Below are positions 25,208 to 36,890 of a stretch of DNA of 64,000 nt, one piece after another (the stretch's first letter is position 1; every line of letters starts with the position of its first letter). The translations under genes were made by a program, and so were the position numbers. Under the pieces are notes generated by a model. It saw nothing but the letters and a program-made list of their open reading frames with translations, was not told the origin of the DNA and searched no databases. Source of the stretch: Mobula hypostoma. Taxonomy: Eukaryota. The DNA lies in NCBI RefSeq assembly GCF_963921235.1, contig NC_086097.1:202060001-202124000 (forward strand), in the 5' to 3' direction.

Positions 25208-26358
25208 TAAACAAAATGTTCAGTAAATTATTGAAATCAATTCTGAAGGATACTATAAACTTTGCTTAGAAAGACACAGATTGGTCTTTTAACCAATGAT
25301 ATCCAGAAAAATGGGAGGTATAGTGGTAGGAGAATGTATACCAAATAGGAAGCTACAGACAAGTTGGAGGAAAAGAGAAACCTTGGATGTATGTACACAA
25401 TGGTTTAAAAGTAGCAAGGCACTTCATTCAGACAGTTAAAAAAAAAGGCACAAATGATCTTTATCCTTTATTAACCAATGCATTGAACATAACAGAAGGA
25501 AGGACATGCTAGAAGTGTACACTTGACCAAAACTTCAGGACAGCACAGTTTTGTTCATCACATTAATGAAAAGACTTAAAAAGTGTATAAAATTATCGGG
25601 AGCCAAGATATTGTAAATACGAAGGACTTAGAAAATGATGAAAAAGCAGAGGGCATAGATTTAAAATAGATAGGATGAGAGGAAAAATGTATTTTCATCC
25701 AAAGAGTAGTAGGGATTGGAACTCACTGCCTGGAAGGGTGATCAAAACAAAAACATTTTAAAATACCTGAATAGTTACTTGAAATGCGATAATCTGCAGA
25801 GCTGTGGGCCAAATCTTGGGAATGGTATTAGATTTCACTAGGTAGTTTTCACAACTAGCATGGGTATGATAGCTATAACAGCATTCTCCTCTGTTGTAAA
25901 TTTTGTACAATCTATCTGAGATCAAGGGTAGAATGGCAAACTTATTTGAATCTGCAAGAGTGTAATGTATTAATTCAGATAAATAGGCTGGTCTTTGAGC
26001 TTACTTTCAGCATGATTGTAATAAAAGTTGCCGGCCAAAGGCAGAAGTCAAAGTGTAAGTGGCATGGAGAATGAAAGTGATAGCCAAATGGAAGGCCAAT
26101 ATCACCTTTGCAGATTGAACACAAATATTCTGCAGAGGGCACAGATCTTGAATATATTCATACAAGTGTTTACTTCTTAAAAATATGAAAATAATTATAT
26201 TTGCAAATGAGAAATATTTTGATGTTTCCAAAAATGTTATACTGAGTATTCATTCAGCCCTTGTTGACAACTGCTAGGCACCTCACTTGCTGTGCTAGTA
26301 GCAACACACACAAAACGCTGGTGGAACGCAGCAGGCCAGGCAGCATCTATAGGAAGTA

Positions 26359-26396
26359 CAGTCGACGTTTCGGGTCGAGACCCTTCGTCAGGACTA
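26359..26396 (-). ncRNA. Minimal hammerhead ribozyme, copy 4
   Basis: TAGTCCTGACGAAGGGTCTCGACCCGAAACGTCGACTG, with perfect stem II GGGTC/GACCC. Confidence 0.88.
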
Positions 26397-27581
26397 ATCG
26401 AAAAAAAGATAGGAAGAGATTTGAAAGTGGGAGTGGGAGGGGGAGATCCGAAATGATAGGAGAAGACAGGAGGGGGAGAGATGAAGCCAAGAGCTGGGAA
26501 GTTGATTGGCAAAAGGGATACAGGGCTGGAGAAGAGGGACTATCATGGCACGGAAGGTCTTGGAAGGAAAAAAGGGGGAGGGGAGCACCAGAGGAAGATG
26601 GAGAACAGGCAAGGAGTTATTGTGAGAGGAAAAGAGAGAAAAAAAAATAGGGATGGCTTAAGGGGAGGGGGGCATTAACTGAAGTTAGAGAAATCAATGT
26701 TCATGCCATCAGGTTGGAGGCTACCCAGAAGGAATAAAAGGTGTTGTTCCTTCAACTTGAATGTGGCTGCATCTCGACAGTGGAGGAGGCCATGGACTGA
26801 CATATCAGAATGGGAATGGGACGTGGAATTAAAATGTGCGGCCACTGAGAGATCCTGCTTCCTCTGGCGGACACAGCGTAGGTGTTCAGCGAAGCGGTCT
26901 CCCAATCTGCATCGGGTCTCAGCAATATATAGAAGGCCACACCAGGAGCACCGGACACAGTATATCACACCAGCAGACTCACAGGTGAGGTGTTGCCTCA
27001 CCTGGAAGGACTGCCTGAGGCCCTGAATGGTGGTGGCGGAGGAAGTGTAAGGGCAGGTGTATGTGTAGACCACTTTGCTGAACACCCACACTCTGTCCGC
27101 CAGGGGAAGCAGGATCTCCCAGTGGCCACACATTCTAATTCCACGTCCCATTCCTATTCCGATTCCAATATGTCAATCCATGGCCTCCTCTACTGTCAAG
27201 ATGAAGCCACACTCAGGTTGGAGGAACACCACCTTATATTCCGTCTGGGTAGCCTCCAACCTGATGGCATGAACATTGATTTCTCCAACTTCCATTAATG
27301 CCCCTCCTCCCCTTCTTACTCCATCCCCAAGTTATTTATTTACTCTCTTTCCCTCTCACAATAACTCCTTGCCAGTTCTCCATCTTCCTCTAGTGCTCCC
27401 CCCACGTTCTTTCTTCCAAGGCCTTCTGTCCCATGATACTCCCCCTTCTCCAGTCTTGAATCCCTTTTGCCAATCAACTTCCTAGCTCTTGGCTCCATCC
27501 CTCCCCCTCCTGTCTTCTCCTATCATTTTGGATCTCCCCTCCCCCCCCACTTTCAAATCTCTTACTATCTCTTTTTTCCGT

Positions 27582-27619
27582 TAGTCCTGACGAAGGATCT
27601 CGACCCGAAACGTCGACTG
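27582..27619 (+). ncRNA. Minimal hammerhead ribozyme, copy 5
   Basis: TAGTCCTGACGAAGGATCTCGACCCGAAACGTCGACTG, with one stem II mismatch. Confidence 0.8.
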
Positions 27620-28779
27620 TACTTCTTCCTATAGATGTTGCCTGGCCTGCTGTGTTCCACCAGCATTTTGTGTGTGTGTTGCTTGAATTTCCAGCATTTG
27701 CAGATTTTCTCGTCCTGTTTAATAGGTTGCGTTTCTCAAGAATTCAACAATGCTGCCTGTAAGGGGCCTTATTTTTGGATTGTGAGCATGATGCTAATGA
27801 CAGCTACAGTTAGATTTTATAAAATCAAAAATATGGGTGAGCCTTTATTAAACCAAGAAAAACAAATTTAAGAATTACTTGATACAGGTCAAGCAACATA
27901 GACTACTACTGGCAAACCATTATTGCGCAAAAGCAACTTTACTTAATTTAATCAGTTATTACTTAATTGTCCAAATGTACACATGTTAAATAAATTACCT
28001 AGATAATTTACATCAGTTTCATCACTAATTTTCATTTATGTAGCACCTGCATTTTAATTTTAAAAAAATCCAAGGCACTTTTGAAGATTCTGTCAGATTA
28101 AAGCAGACTATTTCCCGTATTGCCTGTGAAAAGTTGAAAAGACTTACACACATGAATATATGTATTTGATCAAATACTGGACCATTTCTCTTCATCAAAT
28201 CCCTTGATTCTACAAACTTACTATCATACAAATAAATATTGATCATTGCTAGTATCATGTACAATATGAAGCAACTGGTGCCACCCTACCTGAGAAAGAA
28301 TTGAAAGCAGAAGAATATTTATAAAAGAGGTCTCAGTATATTTTTCCTTCATACCCTACTCTGTTAAAGACATACAAATCAAGATAAAATGCCAGTTGAT
28401 ATTAAGCACCAAAGCGGGAACATAAAATTCTGAGGAATAAAATAAGAAGTTGAATTTAAAATAATACGTTTCATTTATTTTTGTGTCATATTGCAACTCT
28501 TTTCCCACATTAATACAAAGAAAGTGGTGCAAAGTATATTCAGTACATGCTGTGAACAGAACACTGCTCACTGCATGTGCTATTTTAGAGAGTCATGAAT
28601 CCAAATGAAGTCTCTTGATTTTTATTATTTATTTATTGAGATACATCTTGTGTTCAGGACGATCACTTATTTTAATAGCAAGCTAATCTCTGGAATTTTT
28701 TCCATATTTGTCTAAAATCAACTTTAGTTTTAGCATATTTTGACAAAGTTAAACCTGCATCATTACATGACATTAAAAT

Positions 28780-28995
28780 GGGTTTCCTCTGGGTGCTCTG
28801 GTTTCCTCACACATCCCATAGACATGTAGGCTGATAACTATTATAAATTGCCCCTATAGTGTAGATTAATTGTAGAAATTGAAAACAATATAGAGTGAAG
28901 GAAAAAAATGGTATTTATGGAGACTTGCAATAAAATGGCCAATTGTTGGTCAATTGTTGAAGGGCCAAAAGGACTGTTTCTATTACTCTAATTCT
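28780..28995 (+). mobile_element. V-SINE (HE1-like) fragment
   Basis: V-domain GGGTTTCCTCTGGGTGCTCTGGTTTCCTC. Confidence 0.7.
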
Positions 28996-29054
28996 ATGAC
29001 AATGTCTAAAAAGTGAATTTGAAAAGGGGCAAAATGGTAAATAAGCATATGATT

Positions 29055-29535
29055 CAAGATTGTTTAATGTTATTTCCAGTACTCAAGTGTAAAGGAGAAC
29101 AAAATACTTGTTACTCCAAATCTGATGCAGCACAAAAAAGTACACAGTAAGATAAAGAATGCAATTATTAAAAACAAATCACAATAAAGATAGCTTTATT
29201 GTGTGTATTTAAAGTGATGCTAGGCACAGCAGTGTCTGTACATATGGTGATTGACTGCAAATGATAAAGTCATGGTTGGAGGGGTGAGGAGGGGTGGTTT
29301 AGTGTGTGGAGGCGTTGATCAGCCTTATTGCTTGGGGAAAGTAGCTGTTCTTGAGTTTGGTGGTCCTGGCATGGATGCTACTTAGCACCCTTCCTGATGG
29401 GAGTGGGAAAACAGTCCATGAGGAGGGTGGATGGGATCCTTCATGACTTTTTCCAGTACTTTTCTATATGTATGTTTTGATGGCAGATAAGCTGGTGCTG
29501 ATGACACATTGGGTAGTTTTGACTACCTGTTGTAG
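29055..29535 (-). mobile_element. Rex1/Babar 3' fragment
   Basis: Reverse of the LPSGR and RTTKLKNSYFP region plus tail. Confidence 0.65.
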
Positions 29536-29744
29536 CCACCAATGAATTACAAAATCTCCTAATGCTGCCATTTATAATTATCTTTCGTATTCCATCATGC
29601 TTTTCTGGGAAAAATCCTGAAAACATGTCACTGTGTTTTTGGGATTTTTCTTCAGTTACTCCTATTGGCTTTTGAAGATATTCTTATAAATCAAAATATA
29701 CTTCTGGTGTCTCTGTTTGACATATTATAGTTATATAAAAAATA

Positions 29745-29766
29745 ATATATATATATATATATATAT
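29745..29766. repeat. (TA)n microsatellite just inside NOL4 intron 2
   Basis: Run of about 11 TA units. Confidence 0.9.
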
Positions 29767-29792
29767 AAACAAATTGAAGATCAATCACTTAC

Positions 29793-29942
29793 TGCCTTGT
29801 AGGTTCTTTTCTGGCCAGCGTGTTTCCGGGATTTTTCTCCGTTTATTCCTATTTCAACGTGCATGGAGTAAATAATATCAAAAAAATCCTCAACTACTGC
29901 AACTCGTTTTAAAGACTGCTTCTCTGTGGTACTGATTCCATC
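29793..29942 (-). CDS. NOL4: Nucleolar protein 4, coding exon 2 (150 bp, phase 0/0)
   Basis: Encodes DGISTTEKQSLKRVAVVEDFFDIIYSMHVEIGINGEKSRKHAGQKRTYKA. Acceptor TTTACAG, donor GTAAGT. The RKHAGQKRTYKA motif fits NOL4 better than NOL4L. Confidence 0.95.
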
Positions 29943-30189
29943 CTGTAAACCCACAAAAAAAGTCTTGCTCAAGGTTTGTACATTTATAGTGCGAAAATAA
30001 ACAGCGCAAAAATGACAATCCAGCAAAAGATCAGCATTATCTCATAATTTCTAATATAAAAACTTAACGTAAGAAACAGAAGTAGGTTGAACCCATTGTC
30101 TGTGATGTCATGGTGCATCTTTTACATCAGCTCTGTTCTTCTGTACTCTCCTTTGATCCTTCTAATATCTAAAGTTCTGTTTTACTTTA

Positions 30190-30330
30190 CGATTAGCCAG
30201 GGCATCAAAGGGCATGGGGAGAAGGCAGGGGAGTGGGGATGACTGGAAGAATTGGATCAGCCCATGATTAAATGACAAAGCAGACTTGATGGGCCGAATG
30301 GCCTACTTATGCTCCTATGTCTTATGGTCT
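30190..30330 (+). mobile_element. CR1 3' tail
   Basis: Ends GGCCGAATGGCCTACTTATGCTCCTATGTCTTATGGTCT. Confidence 0.75.
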
Positions 30331-30434
30331 AACTGTTTACTCTATCAATGATCAGAGCTTTGCTGAAAAAAATTACAATTTACAGACTAACTGTTGCAAT
30401 TTATGCAACGTGAAGAACTCCTCAATATCCAAAC

Positions 30435-30665
30435 TTCCCCAACGACGTGGCCATCGAACTTGCAGCTCCTCCCGTGAAGGGTCAGACACCCTGAGCCAAT
30501 AGACTGGTCCTGAACTTATTTTCCATCTGACATAGTTTGCATTTTGTTGTTTGATTGTTTGCGGTTTTTGTATTGTTACATTTATGCTCTATTCTTGGTT
30601 GGTGCAGCTGTAACGAAACCCAATTTCCCTCGGGATCAATAAAGTATATCTATCTATCTATCTAA
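30435..30665 (+). mobile_element. Rex1/Babar 3' tail with (TATC)n
   Basis: Matches 23250-23450 (GGGTCAGACACCCTGAGCCAATAG...GGGATCAATAAAGTAT). Confidence 0.8.
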
Positions 30666-30819
30666 CTAAAAGCGTAACCTTTGGTTGGGTGCAAGTTGAC
30701 TTCCATTCTACAATGATAATCATTCAAAAAATTTGTTATTTTGTAAAACGTTGGATAGAGCTACACAAAAATTATGTTGTTTTACTGCAAATATCCCTTT
30801 CTCTTCCTATTCAAACATT

Positions 30820-31385
30820 AACAACCATAATGTTGCAGTTCTCTAAAAGCCTTGTTAGACCAGACTTGGAATATTGGCATTCATTCTGGACACCCTATGG
30901 ATCAAGGATGTGGAAGTTTGAGAGACAGTGCAGAGAAGATATGCCAGAATATTGCCTGGACTGGAAAGCGTGTCTTATGAGAATAGGTTGAGCAAGCTAG
31001 GGCTTTTATCTTTGGAGCAAAGGAGGATGAGAGGCAAATTGATAGAGGTGTACAAGATCATGAGGCATAGATCGAGTGGACAGACAGATATTTTTCCCAG
31101 TGTGGAAATGGCTAATATGAGGAGACATAATATTAAGGTGATTAGAGAAAAGTACAGTGTGGAGATGTTAGAGGCAAGATCCCCCCTCCTCCCCCCAGAG
31201 TGGTGGGTGCAAGGAACTCACTGCCGGGGTAGTGGGTGAGATGGATATATTAGCGACATTTAGGAGACTCTTAGATAGGCCTATGGATTATAGAAAAATA
31301 GAGGGCTATGTGGGATGGAAGGGTTAGATTAATCTTAGAGTAGGTCAAAAGGTTGAAGTCTGAAGGGCCTGTACTTTGCTATAAT
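30820..31385 (+). mobile_element. CR1 3' fragment
   Basis: LVRPDLEY and YENRLSKLGLLSLEQRRMRG. Confidence 0.85.
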
Positions 31386-32494
31386 GGTCAGTGTTCTATT
31401 GACAGCAATCTGGTCATCTAGACTTGCCTTCCCGAAGTTTTATAGGTTTCTTATTTTGCAAAATCTCCTAACACAGGGATTACCCAAACACATAACCCAA
31501 ACACAATCTGTGGGAAACATCTTATTATTGAGAAATAAATTATTTTATAGATGCATGGCAAATTTAGGATGTATAAAAGCAAATGAATTAGTTACTTTAA
31601 CAAATTCACAATTCATGTCCAGCCCATTACAAGTACAATCCAACAGGACTTTCCATTCCAACAACATATGAAAGATTACAAAAACTTTATCTTGCAAAGC
31701 ATACAAGCTGATCAAACATATGGGCAGGAGTCTGTCAGCATAAATTCTGATAAATGTACTTATAGTCAGCGTGCAGGAAAGGCACCCTTCAGGAGCATGA
31801 TATGAGGGAACAGTAAACACATTAGGAAGATGAAAAGAAGTTAATTCAAGACTACTATTCACTAAATTTGTTAATTTTTGTATTATTAGCTATCATACAA
31901 ATAAGAGTACAGTACAATGATAACATTTTAATATGAACAAAATGATGAGCTTCTCCCCATGTCAACCTTAGCGTAATCAACCTGCAATGGAGCAAACTAA
32001 CATCAAGCTGGTCCAGATATGTTGTTTGGTACTCCAGAATTCCAGATTGAGTGATATATCATTGAGCACAACATTTGTATTCAAAAATAACAAAAATAAA
32101 CTTGTTTATAACAGCCTCTTCAAAGACTCATCAATGTGTGTTATCTAATGAAATATATTACAACCTTTTCTTTGTTTTATAATGCTGCTTAAATATCTTC
32201 ATTTTCAGTAAATGAGATACAATTGCTCCCTCAATCCAGAACTGAAGTGGGATGGAAGAAAATCAAAAGAACATTAATAGATAATTCGATTAAACCCTGT
32301 GCATCAGAATACGCTTTTTATTTAAATTTGATAGCAACAGTGAATAGTTTTTTTTATGGATTGAGGTCCTATTTTAGAGATAATTTCCTTTGATATATGG
32401 AATACCCTAACTAATCCTTTCAAAACACAAGTCTTCAGTATCAAAAAAAAGAAAATCAATAAATTCAAACAAATAATGTATTTGTTTGGGATAT

Positions 32495-33070
32495 CAGTCC
32501 CTTAAGGTTGTCATAGCCAGGGGTGGTGGTGGGATAAGCTCCCACTAACTATTAAATGGTCCATCTCAAATAGCTTCTTTCAACCAGCTCCTGGCCTTCA
32601 CATGTGGCTTAGCTACTAAGCCTGGCAAAACCACGTCCATCGACAGAAGGGGCAAAAGCAGGTTACTGGCACCTTAAAACTAGTCACTTCAGGCAGATGA
32701 GGCTCCTCAGCTGTGGTTGGCAGCTCATCTGGGAGAAAGAAAACTCTTGATCTCAAACCTGCACCTCCTTGCAGATATACCCACCCATGGGGAAGGCTGC
32801 AGGAATAAATCCAGAGTAAAAACCTAGAGCTGGAGTCCCTAAGCTGTTCCTACGTTGAGTTCAGCGCTGACTGGAAGCTCCTGTGACACTGCTGGTGCCA
32901 AACTGTATCTCTGCCGTTACTTTGGATTCATCAGCTGTATTGGGGGGGGGGGGGGGGCTGCTACATGGCCAACAGCTTGCTCTCCATATCGTACTGCCCT
33001 GGCTTGCAAATCACGTAGACAGCTGGGATACAGCATCCACGGTTGACCCTGACCAACAGAAAGCCTCATG
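32495..33070 (+). mobile_element. Non-coding interspersed repeat (possibly an RTE-related non-autonomous retroposon)
   Basis: A second copy lies in reverse orientation at ~39680-40030; no ORF. Confidence 0.6.
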
Positions 33071-33749
33071 GGATATAGTTTTTCTATCCTTTCTAACACC
33101 CCCAAACTGTAAAAGCAACACGGAATGAAGCACCCATCAAGGGACAAATTAAGAGCACGCGTAACTATCCTCCAGAGCTCAAATTCTTCACCCTGAAAAA
33201 CAGATGGGAATGTAAGCTCGTTAACCTGGTACCATTCACACCTGTGGCAATTAGCACTGTATCTGGAAAATATTGCATTTTATTTTTCTGGTATGTCAAC
33301 TTAAAGTGGTTCGAATGGCATCACCAATTGTTTAGTTTAAGATAAAATTACAAGAGATGGAGGTAATTTCAATTTCGTAATATTATAACAATAAGTAGCC
33401 TCTGACAATAATCGGGATATAGAAAGAAGTGTTTTTCAATCGATATAGAGCTCGTCCGCGCAGCAATTGCACAGTCGCAACCCAATCCGTTCGCTTTCAC
33501 AACTAAATCATCTCTCTAAAATGATGAGAAGGAAGCGAAAAGAAGATGGGATTATATATTTTCCAAAAGGGTACAGAACCACCACGGAGTTGCTGCAAAT
33601 ATATTTCAGAATCCTCTCTCGGCCTGACCCAAGACCTCCCTGCCATTAACAGAAATGAAGCAGAAGAGAGAGGCATTTTTGACTCAGGCAAGTATTGCAG
33701 GGAAATCTTGCTCCCTGCCAGTCCTGGGTTTCAAAAGAAGAAACCAGGT

Positions 33750-34150
33750 GCGCTTCCTGGCCTAGCAGCTGCCTGCGCTTCCTGGCCCAGCCGCCTTGAA
33801 AGCGACTCCCATTGTCCACCGGGGAGCCAACAGGTTGATTATGCGTCGCGGGCCGGAGCGCAGACAGGTAGTAACCGTCTCCATGGGAACCCGAGAACAG
33901 CGCGAGGTGAGCGGATCCTGGAGCGCGCTACCATGGCTCAGCCCAGGAATCCCAGTGAGTTGAACCGCGCGCGAGGGCACGCGCGGCGCTGTCTCGGTCA
34001 GCGCGGGCTCGCGCCCAGGCGGGACTAGTGCCTTTCGCAGCACAGATGCATTACGCCAGATTGTCGACATCCGACCGGCCAGGCAACACCACCAGCTCCC
34101 GGAGGGGGAGGGGAGGGGCGAGATGGCACGCCATTCCGGGCCTCGTCATC
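33750..34150. promoter_or_regulatory. Intronic CpG island in NOL4 intron 1 with an X-box-like site
   Basis: Dense CpG and GCGCGC runs; GTCTCCATGGGAAC at 33877-33890. Confidence 0.65.
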
Positions 34151-36209
34151 GAATTTTCAACCTTAAAATATACAGCAGGAGAACCACACAACTCAACATT
34201 AGCAAATGAGGATTATTTTTCCTCCCACATTTAAAAATTACAGGAATATTGACTGCAAAACAGGAGTCTACGACCGATCCAACTTGCTAATAAAAATAAA
34301 TATTCTGGAAGGTTGGTGACTGGCCTACCAGATAGCAATATGGTCGCCAGTAACGCTGTATGCACGGACAGTAAAACTGATAACTGGGGTGCTTGGTATT
34401 TTTAAGCTGTCCTCTGACTTATTATTCATGTATGCCAAAACACAAAATTAGTGGAGACTATGGTATTATCGGACTTTGGGATACCTACGTGGCTTGTTAA
34501 TTTTAAGAAAAAATGTACAGAATATTTTCCTTGATGTATATGAACTTCTGAGATATTTGCGCGTTTTGCTAATAGCATGTCCATCAAAGGCAAAAACTCC
34601 CTCTTCGCCAACATATTCTTGTTGCAAGGATACTACGTATCTTGATTTACACTTGCAAGTCCATCTCCAGTTGTAAAATCCACTGCCTATAACAGGGTTA
34701 TTTTATTTGCGACAGAAAATTACTATTAACGTTATTTTGTCTGAGGAGGCATCAGCTCCAATTTGGCATTCACGACGATATTAAAAAGTCCTTTATTTAC
34801 TTGGTCCACATGAGAATCAAGGCCATGGTCAGAGGAAACAAACAGCGAGATGGTCAGTAATTGCAAGATTTCTGCCTCCATTCGTCAGCAGCTGGTACCT
34901 TCGTCCCATCGTGATGCAAGAAATGCCAGGTTGCGAGGGTTCTGTTGCCTGGTGACAAAAGTGCACATCCCAGACCACAGGAGGACGTGAATGTAGAAAT
35001 GCCAATAATTTCTAATTTCTCTGCGATGTTGTTCATTGAGCTCCAAAATATCAAAATGCACCGTCGATGTCGGCTCTGGAAGCCACGAGATTGCCCATAC
35101 TTTTAACGGGAATAATACAGTTTGTGTTTTTTTTATGTAATACATAAAATGGATACTAAACGGTGCAAAGAAAGCTCCCATTTTATTTGCAATTGCCTGC
35201 CCTGCTGATGGCATTTGTAATTCAGTCTCTTCAGGCAATCGGGCACCGTGGTTAATTAGCCCGAGAACAGACGGTATTGCTTCAGTTACGACGTCTTTTA
35301 AAAGATAGTCATCTTGAAGCCCAATTATTAGACAGCAACCACAGATCTACTAGTAAGATTTGTCGGGCAGACAGAAATGAACTGTCCAAAAAAAAACCAG
35401 TCCCTTTAGACCCAGCACGATCCAGGTTGTCAGAAATGTTCGGAAAACAGAGCCCCGGCATACGCACCCTCATTGTGATCAGTCCCTGTTTCACTGGGAT
35501 AATCGCGTGGGTGGACGAGGAGATTTGGATTGTTAAAAAAAAATGTTTCCGAACAGCTATCACAATTACCCGTCTGATGCTATCGAAATCTGGGAATTTG
35601 GAAGTGCTGCTTAAAATGCCTTACAGAAGCTATATAACAGACCGTTTATAGAATTAAACCATAGGTAGAAGGCAAACTATTTTTGAAATACCACGTTACC
35701 CTATTTTATTAACAGTATCGTAACACCAGACGTAGAGGAGAAAACAGTTCCGTTTAGAAAATAAATTGGAAAAACTGAGACGGGGCGGCGGGGGGGAGGG
35801 GGTTATACACACCCACCAGCGCTGCATTTGGCTTCCAACCAAACATTCTGTCCCGACACTATGTAATATTATCCGGGATGCATCAAGGACTCTTACCTCA
35901 AATTAAGCTTTAAAATTCTACATTTTGGGAATTAGTGCTACTTTTTAATAAATAAAAAACGCTGCTCAAGGTAAGCATTCTAGCTGTAAGCGAAATAACC
36001 AATTAACCCAAACGTCATTTTCAATGTAATTAAATAAGAGAAAATTATAAGCTGAGTGTATAGTCTGGACGTACCAGCCCAGGCAACATGACCGCCTGAT
36101 GCACGAAGAACACCCCATCATCAGACAGCCAACTGTGGCACCCCTTGATTTCTATACGTCCAGACTTGGAAACAAATAAACATCAACTTTAATATAAGTG
36201 AACACTAAC

Positions 36210-36491
36210 CGTTGTTTTGACCGGTACGTAAAGGACCAGTTTACCACCTCCAGCCTTCAGCTCCTCCGACGATCCCAGCTGGAACCCTTTCGATTTCACC
36301 CAGAATTTAAATTTGGCGTTATCTGCAGAACTGGGCTCCACTCCGCTCAGAAATTGGACGATGCGATCGTATTTCTTACGGGTGACCGTCTTGGTTTTGC
36401 CGGAGTCCCCATAGGTCTTCAGACACCACTCCTGGAACTGACGGTACAGGTCCCGGTCGCTGCTGTCCCGTGCGGCCGCTTTGTTCTCCAT
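36210..36491 (-). CDS. NOL4: Nucleolar protein 4, first coding exon (94 codons)
   Basis: MENK...DRDLYRQFQEWCLKTYGDSGKTKTVTRKKY...DNAKFKFWVKSKGFQLG...VLYVPVKTT, then donor GTTAGT, in phase with exon 2. Confidence 0.97.
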
Positions 36492-36679
36492 AATAGCCCA
36501 GGAGCCTGGGACTCGAGTGTGGCTAATATGTGGACTTTACACCTGGATAGCCCAAATGGATCCAATAATACACCGAAAAGGATGTTAAACGACAAGTCCG
36601 AATAGAGATACTAATTTATTAAATCATTATTTATATTTTAAAATAATAAATAAATGATCGATATAAAATATCGAGCACG

Positions 36680-36859
36680 GCACATCGGCAAAGTGTCCGT
36701 CTGTAAAGAGGGCGATGCTGCCGGACCCAGCTCTGGTAGTTTTTTGTTCTTACCCCGTTGGTACCGTTAGCAGCACTGCCGCCCTTGCCCGGATCGGTGC
36801 CGCCTGTGGGACCGTGCTCCTGTCTCTCGCCGTGCAGAGGAGGCGAGCGGATCACGCGC

Positions 36860-36890
<31 letters not shown>

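Larger units (their letters stand above)
17340..25915 (+). mobile_element. Old CR1 LINE broken into pieces by later insertions (~17340-18010, 18450-18660, 21262-21360, 22520-22650, 23458-23615, 25208-25915)
   Basis: Degenerate CR1 ORF2 pieces in collinear order, e.g. IPEDWKTVDIVSLFKK near 23530 and the 3' QRVVGIGTHCL-like region near 25700. Confidence 0.55.
26300..27720. mobile_element. Fold-back pair of PLE 3' ends (left arm minus ~26300-27060, right arm plus ~27065-27720)
   Basis: GIY-YIG C-terminus (LGSLQPDGMNIDFSNF) on both strands (26675-27151 minus, 26990-27298 plus). Both 3' termini point outward. Confidence 0.9.

Noticed and set aside
1..29792. NOL4 exon 3 (expected SYAFLPREAV-like sequence)
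   Set aside because: Not found by eye or in the ORF track. It is probably beyond the window, although a short exon could be missed without tBLASTn.
33546..34070. 160-aa and 102-aa ORFs in the intronic CpG island
   Set aside because: GC-rich open frames with no recognisable domain or splice support.
35891..35900. Strong minus-strand donor GAG|GTAAGA 310 bp into intron 1
   Set aside because: No supporting ORF or acceptor identified; such motifs occur by chance.
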